A stretch of 64,000 bases of DNA. Source: Octopus bimaculoides. Its lineage: Eukaryota. The stretch covers positions 12,234,412-12,298,411 of the forward strand of contig NC_068984.1 in the NCBI RefSeq assembly GCF_001194135.2, given 5' to 3'. The notes under the pieces are model-generated. The model saw only the letters and a list, made by a program, of their open reading frames with translations. It was not told the DNA's origin and made no database searches. Each line of letters begins with the position of its first letter. Positions within the stretch are counted from its first letter, which is position 1. Positions 47,738 to 61,566 of the stretch are shown here, one piece after another. The position numbers and the translations under genes were made by a program.

Positions 47738-50700
47738 NNNNNNNNNNNNNNNNNNNNNNNNNNNNNNNNNNNNNNNNNNNNNNNNNNNNNNNNNNNNNNN
47801 NNNNNNNNNNNNNNNNNNNNNNNNNNNNNNNNNNNNNNNNNNNNNNNNNNNNNNNNNNNNNNNNNNNNNNNNNNNNNNNNNNNNNNNNNNNNNNNNNNNN
47901 NNNNNNNNNNNNNNNNNNNNNNNNNNNNNNNNNNNNNNNNNNNNNNNNNNNNNNNNNNNNNNNNNNNNNNNNNNNNNNNNNNNNNNNNNNNNNNNNNNNN
48001 NNNNNNNNNNNNNNNNNNNNNNNNATATATATATTCCTATAATTCATCTTGGATATGGGAATGGAATTATAAATAAGTAGATTGAGCTGATTTTTACTTT
48101 TCTATATTTCCAAAATCAATAAAAACTATCAAACGCTTGCAGTTCAATTTAATTTTATCAAACTGTTCTCTTTCTCTTTTCCGATTCTTAATAAAAACCG
48201 AACAATACTATTAATACTGAACAAAGACGAATGTTCTAATATTAAGTTATAAAATACAATATAATTCCCAAAATGACTAAATGACTTCATAGTATTTCAA
48301 AGTCGCAGTTGCATAAAGACATCAACTTTCGACATGATATTTTCTTCGTAGTCTCTCGGAATTCCAATAATCAGGATAGTAGTAAATTCTTGGTAGATAG
48401 TTTTTAGTTAATGTTATTACGCTTGGGCCCTTCTTACAAAACCCCATTTACTCTACGACCGACCTGTGTCCTTGTTGCGTCGACCTCGGTCGTTGCTGAT
48501 TGATCAAACCTGTGATCGATGGCTTTCAGGTCGTTACTCTCTTTTCTTTTTTTTTTCTAACTAGTTTGCGTCCAGAATCACAAAGTTTAATGTTTTGTCC
48601 TTAAGATATAAGGATATAATTTCTAGGTGAAGCGACTATGTAAAGAACCCCACGTTGACTTGATAAGTTCTCAGCTGTTATAAACAGGGTTGTCTTAACA
48701 CCATTATAGGTCCCGGGGTAATGCAATGCAATAGGGTCTACAGTATTTATTTATTAATATGAAAATTACAACTTTCGGCTACATACGTGGGGCCTCTGAA
48801 TACAAGCCTGCTGGTTCTGTGCCTTGTGTTGTTTTCTACGTAATTATTTTTAATGTGATCCATGTAGACTTACTGTGTCATTAACAATATTTTTGATCTG
48901 GATCTGCAAAATGTAGAATACAATTCTGTTTTATGTAAATTCAAATTGTTGAAAATATTTGCACTTCATTTTCTATCGTTCCCTATTTAATTTGTTTTTG
49001 TTTTTATTTTTATTGCCCCTGTCTATTTAACCATAGTTGTAAACTGTGTATATTTACAAAACAACTCATCTCAAATGAACCTCGGTCAGAAAGTAGAACT
49101 TATGTAGTCAACGACCTTATTGCAAAACTCTGCTAATCTTAGCTCAAAGCTAAACCAAAATATGTAGGACTCTTCGAATCGGAAACACTTTACAAAACTA
49201 ATCTCAACTAAAAGGTCGGTCAAAAACTAGGACTGTTGTATATAGAGTTACATAAAACATTATCATTTAAGAACCACGGTAAACATGACGCAAACCAAAA
49301 ACTTTGACTTAATCGCATGCTTAACAACATAGGCATGGGCTCTCGGTCCACGAAAAATACAAGAATAGCAGCCAAATCTCTTGCAGATGGCACTCTTCAT
49401 AAAGGAAGGACACGTTGATAATTTGAGGATTTCAAAAATTGATAACGATGCTAGCAGCCAAATCAACTTCGTTCTCTATCTCTAATGGCGCAATATAGTT
49501 AAAAACTCTATTTACCTTGGTTTACTACTAAGAACGACTCTCTCTCACCTCGGCAACCACTAATTAGAACGGTAACTGACTAGTAAAGAAAAACTGTGTT
49601 CTGTAAAAAGAAAAAGAAAAAAAAATCCTGGATGCAAATGGAATTATGATAAAAGAAATATAGCAGCGAAATTCTTTTGTAATTATTTATTTGGGAATTT
49701 ATCGCAAACTTTTTCTCATCGCTTTAATATTAAGTAAGCTCGCATTTAGGGTAATTTTATTGACTTACAAGAGCAGGTGGGCAATAGTTTAGTTACATTA
49801 ATTCAGAGGACCACAGGACAAGTTTTATTTCAGTAAAAGTTATTGATAATAAATTTTGGCTTTATTACTGAACGGTTATTTCAATTAGTTCCTTTAAAAG
49901 AATAATAAATGTAGAAAAGATATGATTTATGTAAAAAAATGTTACGAGAATGTACTAAAATACAAATGTCAAATCAATTTGTATACACAATATATGTAAA
50001 CAGTTATTTGATATAATAGTTGTCACTGTTTGTTTTGGATGAAATATTTAAAGAATTTTTACGTCACTTTTTTATGTCAAATTTTATTTTATTTTTTTTT
50101 ACTAATTGCCATACAATAATTCTTTGCTATAAAGGAACTTCGCTACAGTTATGTAGCTTGCTAGAAATAATAATATTCCTCAAATCGTAATGTATTTCTT
50201 TTTAAAAGGACACGTTAATAATAAAGTTCTATACAAAAAAAAAGATGGGATGGTTACGGTTGGCACGCCTTCGATCATAGATTTTTAAAAATCAGGGCTG
50301 ATTTGCGAACGTAAAATAACTTTTAAAGAAATCCATTCAGTTATTGTTTCAAGCAGAAATCTTTCAGTTTATAGACGTTAATCGAGATTGATTATGTTGG
50401 TCAATGAAACAATTTCAATTAAGAATTAGAATTTGGTTGCAAATGATTTTTGTTGTTTGCTTTTATTATTTGTCTGAATAGTAGGGGTAGTGCCCTCCAA
50501 AATAATTGTTATTAATGTGTAGTTTGAACTTGTGTAGGTTGTCATATGCAATAAAAATGTGAACCTGGAGAGAATTCAAAAGAATTAAAACTTAGATTTT
50601 TTTGTATTGATTCGCTCATGCCCTTTATAAGACAATATGTAAGAGAGAGAGAGGGCGGGGGCAGGACTAGGCAAATGGAATAGGCCTATAGAAGATTTTG

Positions 50701-51957
50701 TAACTATTGGAGGATTAGAAAAAATGTCTGTGAACAAATGAATGAATCTTGTTGCTTAATGAATCTTTGTTAATCTGTCAAATAGCCTTCTTTAGGGTGT
50801 TTTATGTAACAGCATCTCTGTCGTCTTAATTATGTAAGTAGTACACTAAAATGGATCACAGTTTAACTTTGTAAGAAGGCCAACAACTGAATATTGATCT
50901 GGACTAGAGTACTTCTTGTCTCTGAGGAACAAACCTAGTTTCTGAGATGCGGCTGTAAGGTTGCTATGAGAGATCACTAGAGATTATCAAGTTTAGCATT
51001 TGCAGTGATTTTTTCATTTCATTTTTAATATAGCAATATATGTGTCATACTTAATACAGATACATCACAGAAAGCTAATCTAACTGTAGTATAGAGATAA
51101 TATCTCTTATAGATATACAATGTTGCTATTTAAGACTGTACATTTATAACAGATATCTCAAGATGAATACCACAGTTAATTTGACTTTCTGTGATGTACC
51201 TGCATTAAATATTATATATAAATTGCTATTTTAAACTAATACTGCTTATGTTGCACATAATTTAAATTTTTGTTATTGAGTGCTTTAGTTGTGTGTTCTC
51301 AAATAGAAAGATGCTTGACATGTTCAGCAAATCTGTTTTTATGATGTTCAAGAGAATTACATTGCTTCATCTTCATTGAAAAATGGGAAACTCTCTCTAC
51401 ATTACTTATGCAAATTTGACAAATATATTTGTGGAAGAGGTGGGTATTGTGTAATGTTTTGTACACTTGGATCAACTGTTTGAAGTTCATAGCTTTATTA
51501 GTAAATCATCAAAAAAATCCATTTTAGGAAAACTATTTGTAAATTGGTCATATAGACATTACTTGTATTGCATTTCTATCATTATTCTGATGATATTTAG
51601 TATGTTATTTTCTGTTTTACACTTCATATATGCAATAATAAATCTCTGAGCAAGATGTAAACAGTAGCAGCATGACATGGTGAAGTATATTTGTCACCTG
51701 AATGTGGCTGACCCATAGGGGATGATGCTACTGTTGTTTATAGCCCCAGGAAGACATCTCCTATGGCTCAGCCATGTTTAGGAGGCAAATATACTTCACG
51801 ACTTTGTATATGGCTGTATGGTTAAGAAGATTGTTTCTCAACCATGTAGTTTTGGATTCCGTTCTACTATACAGCACCTTGGGGCAATCGTTTTGTTCTA
51901 TAGCTCTGGGTTGACCAAAGCATTGTGAGTAGTTTTGGTTGGCAGAAACTGAAACAC

Positions 51958-52151
51958 AAGGTGGCGAGCTGGCAGAAACATTAGCACGCCGGGCGAAATG
52001 CTTAGCGGTATTTTGTCTGCCGTTACGTTCTGCCGTTACCCCAGTGCATAAATACCAGTTATGCACTGGGGTCAATATAATCGATTTAATCTCTTTGTCT
52101 GTCCTTGTTTGTCCCCTCTGCATGTAGCCCCTTGTGGGCAGTAAAGAAATA
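51958..52151 (+). mobile_element. family B SINE nested in an older family A SINE
   Basis: 14-bp TSD AGAAACTGAAACAC at 51944..51957 and 52152..52165. Confidence 0.85.
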
Positions 52152-52169
52152 AGAAACTGAAACACTCCT

Positions 52170-52545
52170 GAGCTCTGAATGCAGAAAATATGCGTAGACT
52201 AGAGAGGAATGTAGGTAATATTCTTCATTGGATGTGCAGCATCAGTGTTCATGTGTGACAAAGTGCAAATGTGTTGAGAGAAAAGTTGAGCATAAGAGAT
52301 ATCAGATGCAGCATGTAAGAGAGAGGACTACATTGGTTTGGACATGTGATGCGTATGAATGAAGACGGCTGTATAAAGAAGTGCTGATCACTGAGAGTGG
52401 ATGGCATCTGTGGAAGAGGGAAACCCAGGAAGACATGGGATGAAGTGGTGAGGACTGATCTTAGGATGTTGGACCTCATGGAGGAGATGACAATGGGCTG
52501 AGGTGTTTGGTTTATATGAACTTCTTGAGAAGACCTGCCCATGTC
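52170..52545 (+). mobile_element. RTE/RTE-X LINE ORF2 C-terminal fragment (degenerate)
   Basis: MRRLERN...LREKL...LHWFGHVMRMNED...GRGKPRKTWDEVVRTDL with in-frame stops. Confidence 0.8.
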
Positions 52546-55500
52546 AACAAAACTGAGTTCTAGAACCTCTCTGCATTCCACCCACATGTAACAACAATAA
52601 AACTTTTTCACACATCCTACCCCAACAAACTAAACTACATCTCTTCCTCAAATTCCCTCTTTTCATGTGCTATGCTTATGCTTATCTTCTGCTCTCCTGT
52701 CATGTTGTCCCCAACCCCCTCTATATACTCAAGTTTCACCAGTCACTGCATTCTCCACCCCCGCACTCTTTGAATTCATGTGAAGTCTCTATTCCCTACT
52801 CATGCGCCTTTGGCAAAATGCTTTCATTCATATTCTAACCCCCATACCTTGAGGGTATGCCATGGCAGTTTGCCACCATCCATCTCTCCTTTGCTCTACT
52901 CTACTATCCCATTTATATTCTGATTCCTGTTCCATACTTTGGCACTTTGTCTCCATCTCTCTCTTGCTCTCTTGGACTCTTGCACTCTCTCTCTCTTTCT
53001 CTCTGTCTTACCAGGTAACCATGTACCTCCTCTATAGCAAGACACCTGTTTCTGTCTCACTATAACTTTTCATCATCTGACACAAGATCACCTCCTCCAA
53101 CGTCTTCTCCCCTCTGAAAGGATCTTTGTCTTGCAAATTACTTGGTGACCCTGCCAGTACTGGTGCCACATAAAAAAAACATCCAGTCCACACTGTAAAG
53201 TGGTCATCATTTGGAAGGGTATCTAGCTGTAAAAACCATGCCAAAACTAACCTTGCCTGTGCACTCAGTCCACTCTGTGGGTTGGGTGGTGTTAGGAAGG
53301 GCATCCAGCTGTAAAAACTATGTCAAGATAGACACTGAAGCCTGGTGCAGTCTTCTGCCTCGCCAGCTCATGTCAAACTGTCCAGCCCATGCCAGCATGG
53401 AAAGCAGACTTTAAATGATGGTGATGATATACATATACAATGCAGATATGGCTATAATTCAAGCTGTGAGCTCTTGAAATGCATCTGCTTATTCCAGTAC
53501 TTCAAAGTGTTATTTGATTCTCTCTCTGAAGAATTTCTAATTGGAGATATCTTATGTTTCTCTTGCATATACAATTTTATAACTCCAATTAGCAAATGAA
53601 ACATGTGTAATGGTGAATAAATCATATCAAAAAATTTTCCCAATCCCCTGTTTTGCTATATACATATGTGTGTTTGTGTCTCCCCTTGACATCACAGGCT
53701 AATTTCAAACACGTCACTATCATTCAAGTGGGGTTCTTTGTTTGTAATCTTCTGTGTAAGCATGTCTGGCCATTGTGCTATTCTTGTTCAAAAGACTAGG
53801 GGAAACATTACTTGGAAAAGTGGTGAGGATGGTCAACAGGAAGAGCATCTGACTGTAGAAAATCTAACTCAATGAATTTCATATGACACTTGTGAACATG
53901 GATGTTAAAATGAAAATGATGATAATGGCTTGATTATGAATATGGGTACAATGAATGTATTTGGTGATTAAAAAGGTGATTCAATGTGGTACATTGATAA
54001 CATTAATAGGAGAACTTTGTTGAGAATGGGAGATAAAATGGGAACCTTTGATAAAGGACTTAGAGATGTCAAGTTAAGAATAGCAACATTATTCATATTC
54101 TTCAAAGGAGCAAAAGCTCTTTGGTTTGATAAGAGAAACTTGTAAACAGTTTTGACATGTCATATTTAAATGTCAAAGCATTTATATTAAACTAAGACGG
54201 AGATATAAATTATATAGATAAAACCAGGTATAACATTACATAGATTATTTTATTGCCAAGTGTATTAACGGACAATGTGAGATTAAGCCTGAGTTTGTTA
54301 AGTGGTGGTAGTTGCACTGGTATTTTGTTCCTTACCTTCTCAAGAGAAGGATGGATGTTTATGGCTGGAATGCCTTTTAATCATGCCTGTTTGATTATGG
54401 CTGGCCTTGAAGGAAACTCCAACATAACTCAATTTCTCACAGTGAAAAAAGTGCACTAAATAATTTGTTATAAAGAGTACAGAAAACAAGTCTGTTTTTC
54501 ACCCACTTATAGTATTAATAATGTTTCTTACAGTAAAGATGTACATTAAAGGTTTTCTTGAGTTTATGCTGAGTCACAACTTTATCACAATGGTGGCTTT
54601 TGTTGCTGTAATGGGGAGATGGTGAATGAAAATATATTTTGTTCACTGTGTGACATAAAAATATCAAGTGTTAGCTATTTACAATGACTAGCATAAATGT
54701 TTACTGACTGGGAGAGAGACAGACTGGTCTGAATTATTAAAAACTATGTGACAACATGCAGTTGACTCTAAAATATTTGAAGTCTACTGTGCAACAGAGA
54801 TCTTTGGCTGTCTGCCCCTGGACATCTGTGCTCTAAGCTGTGTACCAAATGGTTTTTTTAGAGGGGGCCAGAAGCCAAAAACTGTGCAATGCCAACACAC
54901 TGATTGGTTGATTCAATCGAGTGAAACTATGGTGGCTTGCTTGTGGTGTTTGAATTATTGTCTATTGGTTGAGGTTCCAAATCACAGCTACAACTTCATC
55001 ATCATCATCATTTAACGTCTGTTGTCCATGCTGGCATGGGTTGGACGGTTTGACTAGGGCTGGTAAGCTGAGGAGCTGCACCAGACTTCAGTCTGATTCA
55101 GCATGGTTTCTACAGCTGGATGCCCTTCCTAATGCCAACCACTCCAAGAGTGTAATAGGTGCTGTTATGTGCCACCAGCACGGGTTCCAGTTATAAGACA
55201 CCAGCATTGGTCACATTATTTCCGTGGGGCCCAGTACTCGATTGGTGTTTTTTATGTGCCACTGGCACTGATGCCTGTTATGTGACATCAGTATCAGCCA
55301 CATTGCCTCTGTGAGGCCCAATGCTCAAGTGGTGCATTTTATGTGCCATCGGCATGGGTGCCATTTTTATTCATATCAATGTTAAAAATGTATTTTTCAT
55401 TCATTTTCAACCTTGTGTCTTGTTCCAAGATGCATAAAGAAAACTGTACTCTTTTCTCTTCTGTAGATTAAGATAATTATTCATCACAGATTTTCAGAGA

Positions 55501-56263
55501 ATGTTTTGAAATTGTGTCCATTTGTCTAGAGCAGTGGTTCCCAACCATTTTTTGCCTATGAATCCCTTTGATTCCTATTTTACTCACATGGCCCCTCATG
55601 GCCATTTCATATTTAAGAAATCTTATAGGTGAAGGAGTGGCTGTGTGGTAATAGCTTGCTTACCAACCACATGGCACCTTGGGCAAGTGTCTTCTACTAT
55701 AACCTTGGTCGACACAAAACCTTGTGAGTGGATTTGGTAGATGGAAACTGAAAGAAGCCCATCAGATATATATGTATATGTGTGAATTTGTTTGTGTCCT
55801 CCTCCCCTCCATCGCTTGACAACTGATGCTGGTGTGTTCACATCCCTGTAACTTAGCAGTTCGGCAAAAGAGACCAATAGTATAAGTACTAGGCTTGCAA
55901 AGAATAAGTCCTGGGGTCAATTTGTGCGACTAAAGGCAGTGCTCCAGCATGGCTACAGGCAAATGACTGAAACAAGCAATTTTACGTACCTTGATGTGTC
56001 TTATTAACTACAGCAAATTACCACGTCTCCTGGTCCCTTGCTATTTCCTCATTGAGGGATGATAAATCTTGATATAGTTTTATATTGAAAAAAAAGACGC
56101 CCTATACAAATTTACATAATTACTCAGCATATGTTTAGATTTATATATCTGATACTTGCAGCTTCTCTAATGGTGTGGTGTTATTTTTATGGCATAAGAA
56201 AATCCAACTGATGATGTACTTTGTTTTCAATGTATTATATTTATATATGTTTTTTTATTCTAG

Positions 56264-56357
56264 TCAAATCTTGTTTACCCTGAAATATCAAACAATGAAG
56301 AACTTGATGAACTTAACCAAATGCATGAACAAGTGGAGCGTTTCTTCTTGGAAGAAG
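56264..56357 (+). CDS. ACAD9: ACAD9 exon 2
   Basis: Acceptor TTTTATTCTAG. Reads SNLVYPEISNNEELDELNQMHEQVERFFLEE. Donor G|GTAAAT. 94 nt, phase 0 to 1. Confidence 0.88.
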
Positions 56358-57599
56358 GTAAATTCCACCTTATTAGTATTTTCAGAAATTATATACATTA
56401 TTTTACAAATTCTGTGACCAGCAACTGTGTTAGTGTGTATGTGTGGGGAGAGCGACATTGTTATCATATGAGAAATGTAATTTGATAAATGACTAAATTT
56501 GAAATCAACAAAGCAGAAATAATAAAACGTAAAGGTAACACAATCATCATCATCATCGTCGTCGTCGTTTAATGTCTGCTTTCCATGCTGGCATGGGTTG
56601 GACGGTTTGACTGAGGGCTGGCAAGCCAGAAGGCTGCACCAGGCTCCAATCTGATCGGGCAAGGTTTCTACAGCTGGATGCCCTTCCTAACACCAACTAC
56701 TCCAAGAGTGTAGTGGGTACATTTTATGTTCCATCAGCATGAGGGCAATCACGTGGTACCGGCATCAACCACACTCAAATGGTGCTTTTTATTTGCCACC
56801 GGCATGGAGCCAGTCAGGTGGTACTGGCAACGATCATGCTTGAATGGTGCTTTTTACGTGCCACCGGCACAGGACCTGTCAAGCGGCTCTGGCATTGACC
56901 ACTATGAAAGCAGCAAAATATAATGTTCAATACAAAGAAAATACTGTATTCTTGCATTGAATTAGTAAAATTTAGTGCAGTGGTGGGCAAAGTAATTTTG
57001 TGTTATTTAGTTCAATCACATATGAACTCATTGTTTAAATATAGCAGTGTAATGTTATTGGATATACTAATTTTACATATTGAACATATTCCTGGAAGCT
57101 TGTATGATCTCATTGTTTGTTTACATCTGACATCTCAGATACAAAACGTCATAACAAAAGTCAGTGCTGGCTATATTTTCTATAGAAAATCTGCAGAGAT
57201 AACTTTAATGAGCGATGTAAGAGCACTGCTAACACAGTAGAACATGGTATTGACATGATATACATTTGGTATACTTTGTAGTATGTTGTGGTTGCATACA
57301 GGTCCCTACTGTGGGAGTTGTGTTGTTGATGGTTATTCATAAATATGTCAGAATGTTTCAATTGCCATAGAATTATATTTTGCAGCACTGTAAATATTTT
57401 CTTTTTATCAGTAAAGGCAAAATAACCAAATAGATAAAATTCTCATATGGGTGACAGGTTTTGTGTTTGTTACTAATTTAGAATCATTAGCATTTTTTTT
57501 TGTAAGTTTATTTGAAGGATTTCAAGTCACTTTTTATAAAAATAACTTTTCAAAACTATTTGTTGTTAATTTTTAATGGTAATTTAATATGTATTTCAG

Positions 57600-57701
57600 T
57601 TGATTCTCAGAAGATTGATCATGAAGCACACATTCCTGAAGACACATTGAAAATGATAGCGGAAATGGGACTTTTTGGCCAACAAGTACCTACAAAATAT
57701 G
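57600..57701 (+). CDS. ACAD9: ACAD9 exon 3
   Basis: Acceptor GTATTTCAG. Reads [34 protein letters not shown]. Donor G|GTAAAT. 102 nt, phase 1 to 1. Confidence 0.92.
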
Positions 57702-59459
57702 GTAAATATGATTACTGAAATTTTAAAAAATTTAGAAAAGTTTGTTTAATATTTTCTTCACTTGGTGAGGCTCTTTGACAGAGTATCCTATTCTGTGGTC
57801 TGATAGAGTCATGCAAGTTATGTATTGAGATGCTGTGAGTTCAGGAAAGAATTTAGCATGCAGGTAAATTCTTGGTTCTTAACCTCCTCTTGTTTATCAC
57901 AATTCTTCGTCATAACAGAGAAATTTAAGACGAGCTGTTGGAACCTCCTCTGTTTGCTGATGGCCTAGTTTTCCTACCTGAGTCAGTTGAAAATTAATCA
58001 AGAATTTCCAAATGTAGATGGTAAATCTAGATTCAAGCGATCTTATAGTAAACTTAGCAAAGACAAGGTTTTAGGGAGCAAGTAAGGTAGATAAAATTCT
58101 ACAACCATTAGGGTAGTGACTGTGCATGCATGATATGCAGAAAATTGTTTGATGAGAATTCCATACAATGTACTGAATATAAACTAAGGATGCCCAAACA
58201 GGACTTCATCTGTAGTAGATGTGCAGGAGAAATTAACTAAGAGAATAAAATATATTTTATCAACTTGGAAAGTTCCATAGAAGTTGTTGACAGTTTCTAT
58301 TTCTTAGATGACTTAATTAGCAGTGAAGTTTGGTGTGCCATAGACATTACAGAAGGTTAAGAGAGCTACTATTTCTACTGACAACAACAAAGATGTTATC
58401 TCTCTGAATGAAGGGCTGAGTGTATAAAACTTGTATTCAATGTGTGATGCTGCATTGCAGCAAACATGAACACTGAACATAGAGGTTGTGTGAAAGTTGG
58501 GAAGAAATGATACTAATTAGCTCCACTGATTATATAATGTAATTGCATCAGTGCATGAAAAACAATTGAACTGGTACAGACTTGTGATTTGTATGGTGGA
58601 TGACAATTATATAAAGAAATGCTTGACAATCAAGTTGAAGGAATCCATGGAAAAGAAAGACGGGAATAGATGGTGAGGATTGATGTCATGAGGAAGATGA
58701 CAAATAACCACAAGTGGTGAGACAATGCTGAAAAAGATCTATCCAACCCATGCAAGCATGGAGAGGAATGGATGTACAATGATAATGATATGTTTATTAT
58801 CATTAGTATTTAAAGTCACTAGGCTGCCTTGAATCTTCTGTTCAAATTATTGTTTACTCACACAAAAAAATTGTTTCTGTTATATTTTTTGTTTTTTAAA
58901 TCTCTTAATTTCTGATTACTTAACTACAATCTTCATTCCACGATACCTAAAATTTCTAAAACAATAATATACTGTACTGAAAGAAAAGTTCCAAGGACTT
59001 TCACAAGGATTATAAAAAACTTTGTTGCTTCATTGAATTAGTTATTTCCAACAATGATAAAAATCATGATTTTATGTCTATTTCCTTTTCCCATACAAAT
59101 TTGGGTTGGATGGGCCTGCTCAATCACAGCATCTTGACCCTGGTTGTAATCTTTTGTCATCTCCTTTATGAGGTTCAGTTTCCCATCAGTACTTTTTCTT
59201 ATATCTCCCTCTTCTATTTGGATTGCCAAACGCTTCTTCACTCAATCATTATCCTTTGTATGCATCACATTGGCTATACCACCATAGACTTATCTCTTTG
59301 CACATTACAGCTTTTATCTTTTGCTGAATTGCTAAGTCACAGGGATGTGAACAAACCAACACTGGTTGTTAAGTGGCAGGAGGGACAAATACAAAGACAC
59401 ATGCACACACAATGGCTTCCATGTAGTTTCTGCATACCAAATTCACTTAGAAGGCATAT

Positions 59460-59960
59460 CTTGGTCCTTTGTCATATCTTCGTAAAGTTCAGTGTTTTGA
59501 GATTGGCCTTCAATACTCTTCCCTATGTCTTCCTGGGTCTCCCCCTTTCACGGATACCATCCACTTTAAGTCATTGGTCCTTCTTTACACAACTGTCTAC
59601 ATCCATCTGCATCACATGACCAAACCAGCACAATCATCTTCTCTCTTGCACACTGCATCTAATTCCTCTCATGCCTAACTTTTCTCTCAATACACTAGTG
59701 CTCTGTTGCACATGTACAATGACATTGCACATCCAGCAGAGCATACCAGGTTCATTTCTCTCTAGTCTTTGCATGTCCTCTGCATTCAGATCCCACATCT
59801 TATTACCATGTAGCATTGCAGTTCGTATACATGCATCATACAGTTTTCCTTTCACTCAGAGAGTCCTTTGGTTGCCAACACAGGTAAAAGCTCTCTGAAT
59901 TTTCTGCATTGCATTCTTATTCTAGCAATTATACTTTTGGTACATCCTCCTCCACTGTTA
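59460..59960 (-). mobile_element. RTE/RTE-X LINE ORF2 fragment
   Basis: KGKLYDACIRTAMLHG...MQRLERNE...LREKLGMRGIRCSVQERR. Same family as 42028..42096 and the degenerate copy at ~58330..58770. Confidence 0.8.
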
Positions 59961-60381
59961 ATTAGGTTACCTAGGTAGCAGAAATTATCTACTGCCAAGC
60001 AGGCTTGGATAGAAAGATTATATCATTGATGAGGTTATGAATGATAATGAAAAGACTTTGACATTAATTGATTGATTGAATGAATGATTAATCAAACAAT
60101 CTATTAATCAATTAGTTAAATAATTGACCAACTGATGAATGAAAAATAAAACAGTGAAATAGAACCAGTACATGTGTTTATTAGTGACATAATGATCCTC
60201 CCAAGATACAACAAAATATGTTTCAACACACAATTTCACATCAAGTATTTTGCAAACCCAATACAAAATGAAATATATACTGTCTGCATTTTTCTTTCTC
60301 TTTTCTGAAGTTTTCCTGTAGTGAATCTATTAGACAGGAATATGAATGTTTCAAATTAATCTTGCAGTAGTTAAAACCATT

Positions 60382-60570
60382 GTGGAGGCGCAATGGCCCA
60401 GTGCTTAAGGCAGCGGACTCGTGGTCGAAGGATCGCGGTTTCGATTCCCAGACCAGACTGGTGTCCTGTCCAGCTGGGGGGAACACATACACCATAGAAA
60501 CTGGGAAACCGGGCCCATGGGCCTAGCTAGGCTTTAAAAGGGCGCAAAAAAAAAAAAAAAAAAAAAAAAG
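60382..60570 (+). mobile_element. short tRNA-headed retroposon with poly(A) tail and 12-bp TSD
   Basis: Family E head, A24 tail, GTTAAAACCATT at 60370..60381 and 60571..60582. Confidence 0.85.
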
Positions 60571-60822
60571 GTTAAAACCATTCTGAACTATATTCTCAAC
60601 AATGTCATTTCTCTAGTTCAGAATAAGATTGTAAATATAGTACAGGGTGTCCACAAAGTCTGGGTACATGGGGATTAACACATACTTTAAGAAATTATTA
60701 TTTCTTATATTTAATTGTTTATGTTATGATTTTATTTACTCCATGTACCCAGACCTTGTGGACACCCTGTAGTTTGGTAGCTTAAGCAAGAGGAACTAAT
60801 AAATTATTTTAATTCGTTTCAG

Positions 60823-60929
60823 GTGGACTTGGATTAAATGCTACCAAATACGCAAGACTTGCAGAAGCAACAGCTTTAGATTCATCAATTGCTGTAACAT
60901 TAGCAGCACACCAATCTATAGGTTTGAAG
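60823..60929 (+). CDS. ACAD9: ACAD9 exon 4
   Basis: Acceptor TTCGTTTCAG. Reads [36 protein letters not shown]. Donor GTAAAC. 107 nt, phase 1 to 0. Confidence 0.93.
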
Positions 60930-61274
60930 GTAAACAAAAATTTCACTTCATCTTTTTTCATCTTTCCATTGTTCCATTGGCCTGCAGCTATGCTGGGGCA
61001 GCACCTTAACCCTTTCATTACCAACCCAGCTAAAACTGGCTCTGGCTCTGAGTACAAATGTTTTGTTTTCATTAGTTTTGAATTAAAATCTTCCACCAAA
61101 CCTTAGTCACAATTTATGTTCCTAACACTAGCTTAATGATAACTAAGTTATTTTGCTAAATTCTTTGTTATATTTTAAATTAATTGAAAGAAACACAGAT
61201 CATCTCAAACTAAATACAGTAATGAAAGGGTTAAAGAACTTTTTGTTGAATGAATCAATGCCAGTCCTTTTTTT

Positions 61275-61566
61275 TAAGCTTGGTATTTATTCTATCAGTC
61301 TCTTTTGCTGAACTGCTAAGTTATGGGGATGTAAACAAACCAACATCAGTTGTCAAACAGTGTGGTGGTGGGGACAGACACCAACACACACACACACATA
61401 CATGATGGGCTTCTTTCAGTTTCCATGTACCAAATCTACTCACAAATCTACTATAGCCTGAGGCTATATAGTAGAAGACACTTTCCCAATGTTCTAAGCA
61501 GTGGGACTTGAACCCAGAACTATATGGTTGGGAAGCAAACTTCTTACTGCACAACCACGCCTGCAC
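61275..61566 (-). mobile_element. family A SINE, antisense, in ACAD9 intron 4
   Basis: Reverse complement of the family A consensus seen elsewhere in the window. Confidence 0.8.

Noticed and set aside
5424-48080. Long ORFs in the track that contain runs of X (e.g. 5424..6302, 19904..20437, 41942..42800, 47586..48080)
   Set aside because: They stay open only because they run through N gaps.
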